From Candidatus Omnitrophota bacterium (GTDB taxonomy: Bacteria; Omnitrophota; Gorgyraeia; 2-01-FULL-45-10), in the NCBI GenBank assembly GCA_041661345.1, contig JBAZUO010000001.1, positions 11,298-75,297 on the forward strand: a stretch of DNA of 64,000 nucleotides, in the 5' to 3' direction. The notes beneath the pieces are model-generated. The model was not told the origin of the DNA. It did no database searches and saw nothing but the letters and a program-made list of their open reading frames with translations. This document shows, piece after piece, positions 1-10,300 of this stretch (position 1 is its first letter; the number at the start of each line of letters is the position of its first letter). The position numbers were made by a program, and so were the translations under genes.

Positions 1-672
<672 letters not shown>

Positions 673-694
<22 letters not shown>

Positions 695-1161
695 CCGGTT
701 AATTCTTCGGTTATCCTGCGTATAGTATCGTACTTAAATCCCCGCCTCAGCAAAAAATCGTAAACCCGCTTAAGCGCCTTGCGCGGCTCAAGTTTCTGGA
801 AACGTTTATATTTTTCGGCGGCCATGTTAAAAGCCACCTCGTATTCGTCGTAATTCTTGGCCTTATCCTGCAAGGTGGCTTCGATAATAGAATCGCTTAC
901 GCCTTTTAGCTTCAGCTCGTGTTTGAGGATGACATCCCCCATCGGATTCATATTCATCCGTGAGTCTATCCAGAAACGCGCGAACCTGGCATCGTCAATA
1001 TTGCCGGTTCTCTTAAGGTCTCCGATGACGCCGTCTATTACGGCGCCATCGTAACCTTTAAGCTTCAATCTCTGCCTTACCTCATGCTCGCTTCTAGGAC
1101 GCGCACGCAGCAATAGATAGGCATTGTTTTTTGCCCTTATCCTGACCTTGTCGGCTTCCAA
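673..1161 (-). CDS. recX: recombination regulator RecX
   Basis: 162-aa ORF directly downstream of recA (2-nt gap). The three-repeat helical RecX-like sequence includes LLRARPRSEHEVRQRLKLKGYD. Confidence 0.8.
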
Positions 1162-1163
1162 TT

Positions 1164-2219
1164 TTATTTCAAAGCCTTCTCGTATATCTCTTTCTCTATT
1201 TTAGCCATGACTTTCGGATTCTCTTTCAGGAATATCCGCGCATTCTCCTTGCCCTGGCCCAATTTCTCTTCGCCATAAAGCACCCATGCGCCGCTTTTCT
1301 GCGTCACGCCAAAGGTCTCAGCCATATCAAGCACGCTTCCGGATTTCGAGATACCCTCGTCATACATTATATCGAATTCAGCTTTCCTGAACGGCGGCGC
1401 AACTTTATTTTTGACTATCGACGCCCTGACACGGTTCCCGACGACCTCCTCGCCCTTTTTCAACGAAGCGATGCGCCTTAAATCGATCCTTACGGAGGCA
1501 TAAAATTTGAGCGCCCGTCCGCCCGTCGTAGTTTCGGGATTGCCAAACATGACCCCGATCTTTTCCCTTATCTGGTTAATGAATATCACGCAGGTCTTCG
1601 ACTTGGCGATACAGCCCGATAACTTCCTTAAGGCCTGGCTCATCAGCCGCGCCTGTAATCCCATGTGGCTGTCGCCCATGTCGCCCTCGATCTCAGCCTT
1701 GGGAGTTAACGCCGCGACCGAATCTACTACAATAACGTCTACCGCGTTCGATCTTACCAGGGTTTCGACTATCTCAAGCGCCTGTTCGCCGGTATCCGGC
1801 TGTGACATGAGGAGATTATCAAGATTCACTCCGATCTTCTTCGCATACGCCGCGTCAAAAGCGTGTTCGGCATCGATAAACGCCGCTTGTCCGCCCAGCT
1901 TTTGAGCATTAGCGACTATGCTTAAGGTAAGCGTCGTCTTACCGCTCGACTCCGGGCCGAATATCTCTATGACCCTCCCGCGCGGAACGCCCCCCACGCC
2001 AAGCGCGATATCGATAGCGGCAGATCCGGTAGAAATCGCCGGCACATCGAGCTTAAAATCCTGGCCCAGCTTCATTATCGTTCCTTTCCCGAACTGCTTT
2101 TCTATGTGATCCAACGCCAGATCGAGCGCCTTCATCTTGTGGTCCTGCGCAACATCCTTTTTTTCTTCTTTTGGTGCTTCTTTCACGGCCTCTTTCTCCT
2201 TAACTTTGGTCTTTACCAT
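1164..2219 (-). CDS. recA: recombinase RecA
   Basis: 351 aa with Walker [11 protein letters not shown], then AFIDAEHA and the IVVDSVAAL core, all typical of RecA. It carries a Lys/Glu-rich N-terminal extension. Confidence 0.97.
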   Translation of the reverse strand: MVKTKVKEKEAVKEAPKEEKKDVAQDHKMKALDLALDHIEKQFGKGTIMKLGQDFKLDVPAISTGSAAIDIALGVGGVPRGRVIEIFGPESSGKTTLTLSIVANAQKLGGQAAFIDAEHAFDAAYAKKIGVNLDNLLMSQPDTGEQALEIVETLVRSNAVDVIVVDSVAALTPKAEIEGDMGDSHMGLQARLMSQALRKLSGCIAKSKTCVIFINQIREKIGVMFGNPETTTGGRALKFYASVRIDLRRIASLKKGEEVVGNRVRASIVKNKVAPPFRKAEFDIMYDEGISKSGSVLDMAETFGVTQKSGAWVLYGEEKLGQGKENARIFLKENPKVMAKIEKEIYEKALK

Positions 2220-2366
2220 CTCAAATCTCCCCTAGGTTAACTGACTGTCAATAATATAATTACAGTATTTTAGAAGCTATATTATACATATATCACCCCC
2301 TCCCTGTAAAGGAATTTAAGGACTCCGTTCCCCTCACATATAAAGATGCTAAAAACGGCGATTTTG

Positions 2367-2395
2367 TTGCAACTTTTTTTAAAAAAGTGTATACT
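2367..2395 (+). promoter_or_regulatory. candidate sigma70-type promoter of cinA (TTGCAA-17 nt-TATACT)
   Basis: -35 TTGCAA at 2367..2372 and -10 TATACT at 2390..2395. The -10 ends 7 nt before the ATG at 2403. Confidence 0.4.
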
Positions 2396-2402
2396 TCTGT
2401 CT

Positions 2403-3635
2403 ATGACTGCAGAGATAATATCGATAGGCACGGAACTGCTTCTCGGCCATATCGTTAACACAAATACCTCTTTTCTGTCTCAAAAACTTGCCGAAATCGG
2501 CGTCGACGTTTATCACACCTCCGTTGTCGGCGACAATCCGATGCGGCTCACCCAGGCTATCAAACAGGCGGTTCACCGTTCTGACGTTGTAATCACTACC
2601 GGTGGACTCGGCCCGACCGTGGATGATATCACTATCGAAACGATCGCCGCATTGGTCGGTAAAAGGCTCATCCTGAACAAAACCGTCCTCAAAGATTTGA
2701 AGGATTACTTCAAAATGAGAAAGACGGCCTTCCCCCGTAACAATGTACGGCAGGCAATGATACCTGAAGACACAAAATGGATAAGAAACAGAGCCGGAAC
2801 CGCGCCGGGCCTCATCGCCGATTATAGGGGCAAGATAATCGTCTGCCTCCCCGGTCCTCCGAGGGAAATTGAGCCGATGTTCGTAAATGATATCATGCCT
2901 CTTCTGATAAAGAGGTCGGCGCCTAACTGGATAATCAAATCCCGGACGATAAAGATCGCGAGTGGGCTCGAATCGCTCGTGAATAACAAAGTTAAAGATC
3001 TATTGAATTTAAAACCGCCGACGACCGTGGGCATATACGCAAAACTCGGGCAGGTTGAATTAAAGATCATGTCTAAGGCAAAGACCGGGAAAGAAGCTGC
3101 CCGGGCTATTGCTCTGATTGAACAGAAGATCCGCTCGCGCCTCAAAGATCACATCTTCGGCTGCGACCACGAAACTCTCGAGGGCGCTGTCGCCGGATTG
3201 CTGATCGCGAAGAAAAAAACGATAGCCGCCGCCGAATCCTGCACCGGCGGGCTTCTATCTAGCAGGCTCACCGATGTCAGCGGAAGTTCGAAGTATTTTA
3301 TAATGGGGCTTATCGCCTACTCAAATGAGGTAAAGAAAAATATCCTGTGCGTAGACTCAGAAATTCTTAAAAAATATGGCGCCGTTTCGGCGCAGGTTGC
3401 TTCGCAGATGGCTGTCGGCATAAAACTTCTTGCCGGCGCCGATATCGGTGTAGGAATTACGGGGATCGCCGGCCCGACCGGCGGGACCAGAACCAAGCCG
3501 GTAGGCCTTGTCTACATAGCGCTTGCTATTGGTAGTAAACTAATCGCGCGGGAATTGAAATTTAGGGGCTCGAGGGAGGAGATCAAGTTCCAGTCCTCGC
3601 AGGTTGCTTTAGATTTAATTAGGCTAAATGTTTAG
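2403..3635 (+). CDS. cinA: CinA family protein (MoCF-binding N-domain plus PncC-like nicotinamide-nucleotide amidase C-domain)
   Basis: The track ORF is 2346..3635. Homologues normally begin at M-x-AEIISIGTELLLG, which is the internal ATG at 2403. The C-terminal half has AESCTGGLL. Confidence 0.85.
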   Translation: MTAEIISIGTELLLGHIVNTNTSFLSQKLAEIGVDVYHTSVVGDNPMRLTQAIKQAVHRSDVVITTGGLGPTVDDITIETIAALVGKRLILNKTVLKDLKDYFKMRKTAFPRNNVRQAMIPEDTKWIRNRAGTAPGLIADYRGKIIVCLPGPPREIEPMFVNDIMPLLIKRSAPNWIIKSRTIKIASGLESLVNNKVKDLLNLKPPTTVGIYAKLGQVELKIMSKAKTGKEAARAIALIEQKIRSRLKDHIFGCDHETLEGAVAGLLIAKKKTIAAAESCTGGLLSSRLTDVSGSSKYFIMGLIAYSNEVKKNILCVDSEILKKYGAVSAQVASQMAVGIKLLAGADIGVGITGIAGPTGGTRTKPVGLVYIALAIGSKLIARELKFRGSREEIKFQSSQVALDLIRLNV

Positions 3636-3674
3636 TAGCCGACGTTTAAACGTCGGCTACATTGTGGATAACTT
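3636..3674 (+). repeat. R4 intercistronic hairpin element, copy 2
   Basis: GTAGCCGACGTTTAAACGTCGGCTAC is a perfect 12-bp-arm hairpin. It is followed by ATTGTGGATAACTT, and TGTGGATAA is the reverse complement of TTATCCACA. The layout relative to gene direction matches copy 1. Confidence 0.6.
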
Positions 3675-3685
3675 TTGATTAAGAA

Positions 3686-4249
3686 ATGCGTACCTTTATA
3701 GCGATAGAACTTTCCGATGAAATCAAAGACATCCTCGACCGGATCCAGTCTCACTTAAAATATGCCGGCGCGGATGTGAAATGGATCGAGAAAGATAATA
3801 TCCACCTCACCTTGAAATTCCTGGGAGAAATCGACGATAATAAGTGCGAAAAAGTCAAATCAGCCCTGGACGAGATCGCCAAATCTACAAAACCTTTCGA
3901 AATATCGTTAAAAAATATAGGCGCATTCCCGAAGATAGAATTTCCGCGAGTCATCTGGGTAGGTCTCGATAAAGGCGCGAAGGAATCGACAGAGCTTGCT
4001 TCAAAAGTAGACGAAGTGCTTTCGAAACTTGGATTCGACAAGGAAGTCCGCGCATTCGCCGCGCATCTTACCATCGGCCGCGTTCGCTCACCGAAGAATA
4101 AAGAAGAGCTGCAGGAAAGGGTCAATTCGTTTAGTAAACAGTTTACAGCAGACAGTTTACAGTATATAAATTCTATTTACCTACTCCAAAGCACACTCAC
4201 GCCTAAAGGCTCTATCTACACAAAACTTCACGAAGCAAAACTTTCTTAA
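3686..4249 (+). CDS. thpR: RNA 2',3'-cyclic phosphodiesterase (2H phosphoesterase, ThpR/LigT family)
   Basis: 187 aa with two H-x-T-x motifs, HLTLKFLGE and HLTIGR. Confidence 0.8.
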   Translation: MRTFIAIELSDEIKDILDRIQSHLKYAGADVKWIEKDNIHLTLKFLGEIDDNKCEKVKSALDEIAKSTKPFEISLKNIGAFPKIEFPRVIWVGLDKGAKESTELASKVDEVLSKLGFDKEVRAFAAHLTIGRVRSPKNKEELQERVNSFSKQFTADSLQYINSIYLLQSTLTPKGSIYTKLHEAKLS

Positions 4250-4319
4250 AAAATGCCCGGGTGCGGAATTAAGGGATGCTAACTCGGGGGAAAGCACCCT
4301 TAATCCCGTTGACCCGGGC
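4248..4319 (-). terminator. candidate intrinsic terminator of the giant gene
   Basis: Read on the minus strand, nested stems GCCCGGGT/ACCCGGGC and GGGATTAAGGG/CCCTTAATTCC are followed by ATTTTTT. Confidence 0.45.
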
Positions 4320-4324
4320 AAATT

Positions 4325-4385
4325 CGTGAAGTTTGCGTGCAAATTTCATCCTGAGGCTGCGACGAACAGGAGCAGCCGAAGGATC
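4325..4385. repeat. R3 double-hairpin element, copy 1
   Basis: CGTGAAGTTTGCGTGCAAATTTCATCCTGAGGCTGCGACGAACAGGAGCAGCCGAAGGAT aligns with 45406..45467 and shows compensatory changes. Confidence 0.6.
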
Positions 4386-4392
4386 TCGTTCG

Positions 4393-7300
4393 TTATGCCG
4401 CTATTAGTAAAGTCTCCATTCTGATCCTGCTTGCCTTCAATTCCTCGGGATCCATCCTGCATAAGCCCTTGAACCTCAATATCGCTTTTAGCGCAAACGC
4501 GATATTGTTCCATTCCGCATTATCGAGCAACTTCAAAATGTCATCTCCGATATCCGACCCGGAGAGTATCTTGTAATAGTAAGCGATCGCTTGCCTGTTG
4601 CCGGACATGATCGCCCTGGCAAGGCCTATTACACCTTGTAAATATAAATAATTCTCACCTGTCAATTTGTCACCCACGATCAGGACGCTGGCCTTCGCAT
4701 AATTCCTCTCTTCGTCAGACTTCCATATTTCACTACCGTCATTATCTTCTTTACTCAAGACAACCGCCAGTTTATCCTTAGACGGATTTCTCTTGATTTG
4801 TGCCCGTATTTCTTCAGGACTCAATATCGCTATCGCGCCGCTGTCCAACACCGGTTTCAGCGCGATCTTGATTCCCTGTTCCAGCTCGGTCCTGTCACCG
4901 TTTTCGATAAACAGATTCTCCGACAATAATACCGCGGCGCCGCTTCTGATATTAACATCTTTGAATATCTTGTCTATCAGATCGATAGTGCTGGAAACAT
5001 CGTTTTCTTTAACTAAAGCCTCTGCGGGTATAGTTGAAATTGTAGGCGCGACGCTTGGCTCCGGCATAACTTGCGGTATTTCACTAAAAGGCTGCGCGAG
5101 CGGCGCGCCCGGATGCGCTATCGTTTCCGTCGCCGGCATTGTCGGTTCAGTGCCGAGTATCTCATTCGAACCTTTATCGACCGTCGCAGTTGAAGCCGGC
5201 GCAGATTGCCGTGAATTAACGGCTTGAGCGGCATTTTCTTTGGCGCCAGAGGCATCTGTCGTCGGTTCGGATTGCGGAGACGGCGGCTGCGAAACCCATT
5301 GTTGCATCCAATTCCACTCGTCTTGACCAAATCGTTCGATAAAATCGGCCTGCCCGGAACAGCCCATTCGTTGCATCAATGAGAGCGCGTCCTCCTGAAG
5401 CCCATTATGCACTTTTGCTGTATTGAATATATTATCAGTAAGATGATATTTATGATCAAGCGGATTAGGCCCCGAAAATCTTATATTGCTTCCAATCTCT
5501 GATATCAAGAACCCAAGCACTTTGCGCGGATCTTTATCATGTGGTGAATATTGACCTATAAGGTCTTCCGAATATTCATCTGCCAGCCTATTAACCGCAG
5601 TATCAAATATTTTTTTCTCCATCCCTAAGCCAAAAGGATCGTAATCTGTCCGAAAAGATAGTGGGTCCGCTTCTAGCTGTCCGGCTATGTTTTCGGCTAC
5701 GCTCTTCCGGAAAGGCGGCACCATCATCGGGGTCAAATCTCGTACACTGCCAACTGCATTATCGGTATCACTAGCGTCCATAGCTTTGGCTGCCAAGTTT
5801 GCTATCTCTTCGCCATTAGACATGTCGCCGAGGACTTTCTTTATACCTTGCGCATAACCTCTATGTTTGGCTTCTGCGGCAAATGCCAAGTCATATCTTC
5901 CTAATTTATATAGCGTCTCGGCCATCGGACTGCGGAATTGTCCTATGTTAATAGGCGCCGGCGTAAATATCGAATTCACCGGTATGTGCAACAGGAAGCC
6001 TGCCATGCCCATTGCGCTTGTGATTATAAAACCGCGGCGTCTAGCAAAATTGTTAAGTTCGATATAAATATTCCATATGATACGATCAAGATCGGTCCAG
6101 TATTCGGACGGGATATTTCTAAGGCGGTCTATTTTAGCCATCAAAGAATAGACATAAGCTTCTTTTTCATCAGGATGGATACTAAGAATAGCGGTAGCTG
6201 CTATCTTAGAGGATTTACGCAATAAGCGATTTTTATCCGGGAAAAATCTGGTCGAGATACTTCTCTCTGCCCTCTGGCAGGCATCAGATATTAGGTTTTC
6301 TAATTTCGACGGCGGTTCACTCGGCGGCGCGTTGTATCGTACGTTCTTACCGAATCTCTGCTCAATATCAGCGCGGTCTTCATCGCGCGTAATCCGTCGA
6401 GTCTCTGCCGCTCGTGCCCGCATCTTTATTACATCAGGTGATATATTAATTTCCTGCTCCGCCGCGGCTGGGATAGGAGTAAGATCGGCATTGTGCTCAA
6501 AACTCATTCCCAACGTGCTAGCCAAAGATTTGAGCTTCTCACATATAAGGGGCCGAGCTTTACGCAGCGGATGCGATTCCGGAATGCTGAGTCTGGGCCT
6601 TAGCTCTATGCTACCACTATTTTGCGAGAGAGATATCTTAGCAACTAAACCGGGCACTTCATCTTTATCCGATAGATCGTTTGCATCATAAAATTCTACC
6701 GTTATATAATCACCACTGGCTCCAGATACACACCAAGAAACGCTAGGATGCTCGCTGAACGATTCTTCCTCAGGCCCGAAATGTCTTTTAAGATACGCAA
6801 ATCGATCGCGTTCATAAGCAGCCCTGGCGAACTTTATTAATCCTGTAGTTTTCGGTTTGCTAGCTTCCGCCGCGGCTGGGGCAGCGTTTTCTTCCGCCCT
6901 GTTATACGTACTTACCCATCTCCACAGCTCGTCTTCGTATTCTTCTTCGGTCTTCCAACCTCCATAATAACCGATATCATAATAGCCTTTTATTTCAAAA
7001 AATAGAAAGTTCGCAAAAATAGACAAATCACCATAGTCTCTTAGTAGGCGAACCTGCTTAACATGAAGTTTCTTTTCGTCAATCCGGCCTTCCGAATCAA
7101 GCAATTCCAAAAGAAAAGAATAAGTTTCCTTAAGGTCCATTTTTCTTGTGTGCATTCCGCGATCCTTCCAATACTCAGAAAGATTACCGATCGAAGATTG
7201 CAAATAAAGAATTTCTACCATGTAAGCTTTCGCCTCGCTTTTAATTTTACTGTACATGAGATGCCTCAAGGCGCGACGGTATTCCTTACCGCGATCATCC

Positions 7301-10300
7301 AGTGAATAAGCAGCTTTTATTCTTTCTTCATACTCTCTAGTTGCTATTTTCAATTGGTAGAACATCTTTTCATACCAGTCGTAGGCGTCGTCCATGCGAC
7401 GGCGTTGATCCGGCAATAAATGAACGAGCTCGTGAAGAAGCCACGCTTTGAGCTCAAGATCATCCAATTCACTCAATGCCTCCTCGTCAATCCAAAGCAC
7501 ATTGTTTTCTACCTTCATGAGGAATCCACCATAGCCCACAACTCTGATTCTATCTTCCACAATCAATGAGCGAGCTATGTGCTCCAATTCCTCAATTTCC
7601 GAATTTGTTAAGCCCGTTTTTTCAAGACAACTGCGTTCTTTAATTAATTCGAGGATCTGCGCATAAACTTTGGCTTGCGGCTTCGCCACGGCTTGAGCAA
7701 GTCTTAATACGCCCGCCTCTTCAACTACATCGCCTGCCGTCATTAGTTTTTCTATTTCAGTTTCGACCTGCGCAGGCTGTATGTTTCCCTTAAAAGCTGC
7801 TACTACCTCCCTACGCTGTTTCGGGCCGGTTGATAACATTTCCTGTATGTGGTAAGGAATATTCGCCATCCCGCCAAGGCTCGGAGGGACAACATCAGGG
7901 TTAAGCTTTTCTCCCTGCTCCGCCGCGGCTGGGGTGGCACTTTCTGGACCGTCCCTATATCCTTTCCTGGAGATAGCGCCATTTAGTTTATTTATAGGCG
8001 TCTTATAAAATTTGGCTCTATAAGGTGCGCCGGATTCGCTTTCATCTGTAAATCGGACACGCCCCCCGCCATCTCCTCCACCATCGTGATACTGGTAGAA
8101 TAACTCCCTCGCTTCTTCTTCATCATAAGGAAAACTCACCTTATAAGAATCGGATTTTTCCCTGTTATAATCTATTCCGAATAAGAAGGTGCCTTTTTCA
8201 TTATAAAAATCTTTTTCGGTAAAAGGGTTTCCATTATAATAATCCGCGACTGCAGCGCTAACTTCTTTTCTTAACGTATCTTCTATGTATGCATTTACGT
8301 AAGCTATCCCATCAGTAAATTCATATGCCGTGTCAACTCCGGACGATAATTCTCCGAAATCGAAGATATAGATGTGGCCAGTTTCCGGATCGACTCCGTA
8401 GTTACCAAGAGGATCACCGTAATCTACATCTACCGCACCCCGTCTGAAGATATCTATAAACAACTGTTTATACCTATCTATCAAACCTTTTGCCTCATCG
8501 ATACGTCCGGTTTTGATATTTTCCATTATGATATCCTTAAGCGGTATTACCTTTTTCTGGATTATAGCCACATCCGTTTTCTTTGTCCCTATACCCTCAA
8601 CAAAAAATTTGAATTCGTTTTCGCCGGGTTTCGTGGCAGCTATAACAAGAGTAGGAACTGCTAATCCGTTCAGCTTTCCCTGAGCAACTAACCAGCCCTC
8701 CTCAAGCCATTTGTCTATTACAATTTTACGCCTGGCCTGATCGGGATATGTTTTAACAATATATTTGAAAGACGGATCAACGCCTATGAAAGAAACGAGG
8801 TGCTTCCCCTCATACCACTGTCGCAGTATATTGCTCACGGGCTGAGAAACCTCTGTAGATACCCTTGTCTCAAGCAGCGATTTTATCTCTTCAATTAGAA
8901 ACTTTCCGTCTACCTCGGATGAAAATGCTATGCCGAGATCCATAAGTGTTCGTCTGCACTCGCCAAGATTACCGGTAGATTTTCTCAGTTTTCCGATAAC
9001 GCCATTATCTACGCTCTTAAGATCTCTCCGGAACTCATCTAATTGGTCCCACTTGCTCATAGTAAGCGGTGCCCATAAGATGAAGGTATTGTAGAGTCCG
9101 TGGGTAACTATATTGGCAATTTGGTGGATTCTTAAAGAATATGCGAGTAGTAGCCCTAATTCAGGGGGTATACCGAAATTTGAGGCAAGCAGCTGCATAG
9201 TAATAATAAGCGAATACGTCATTGCGATCCAGACAGCACCTATGCCCATTGAACGGCTCATCCAGTGATACCAGCGTATATTCTCATGCTCTTTCAAGAA
9301 TTGAACCAGGCTAAACATTTTAGATAAATCATACCTTTCGACAAAAGCCGCATACCATCCTATAAGGAATTTCTGAAAGTAAGATAACTCCTTGTAGCTT
9401 AATTTCGGATCAAGCCCAAAGCACCCGAGCGCATTTACAAATGTTTTAGGAAGAATAAGACCTGTGGTACCAGTTGTCGGCTCCGCGACTGGCGATTCCT
9501 TGGAATTCCGGAATATATAAATTGGGCAACCGGTATCACGCATAGCGCAAATTAAAGTTCCGCATGCGTGAATCATCTTTTCTATCCTCGGGGCTTCTTT
9601 AGAGTTTATGTCGGGGAAAAAACGAATCACCGCCAACCCTGTCGACGCGGTAATTTTCTGTATCACTTTAAAAATCGTCGTATCCTTTTCCTCCCCTGCA
9701 AATTCGGAGCTCATAACCCCATTGGCCATCAGCAATTGAACACTGCCTTGCTGGAGGTATTGGCCTGCTTCCGCAGCGTCAACATTATATATTTTTACAC
9801 GGCCCCTTAATTCTGGGAAATGCTCCCAAATTTCTGAGGCAGAGATTTTGACACAAAACGGCGAATAGTTAAAAAGATGATAAACTGAGGCATTCGGACA
9901 AAGCTTGACGATTTTTGTAAACTCTTCATAAGAAAAACCAAAGACAGCAACCTCTTTGCTGCGGGTAAATTCATCCAAATGGATATCTGCTCTCTTTATA
10001 AGCATCTCATTTTCCATCTCAACAAAATCTGGAGCTGAGAAATCAGGGTAATCAGACTCTGACCTATCACTAACCGGTGTCACCATAAGAGGCATCCATT
10101 CAGGTGCCAATTGGGAAGATTCTGCCGGCAATCCCGGCCCTGTCTTCGACGTCGGAGATGCGGCTTGGGCTGGCGACTCTGCGACGGGCAAAGTCCTTGT
10201 CCTGATCTCCTCAAAATGTTCTTTCAGCCGCTGATTAATTTGATCACGGTAATCGAACGCTTCTTTGTTACGGGATACGGAGTCACGACTTGTAAGAATT

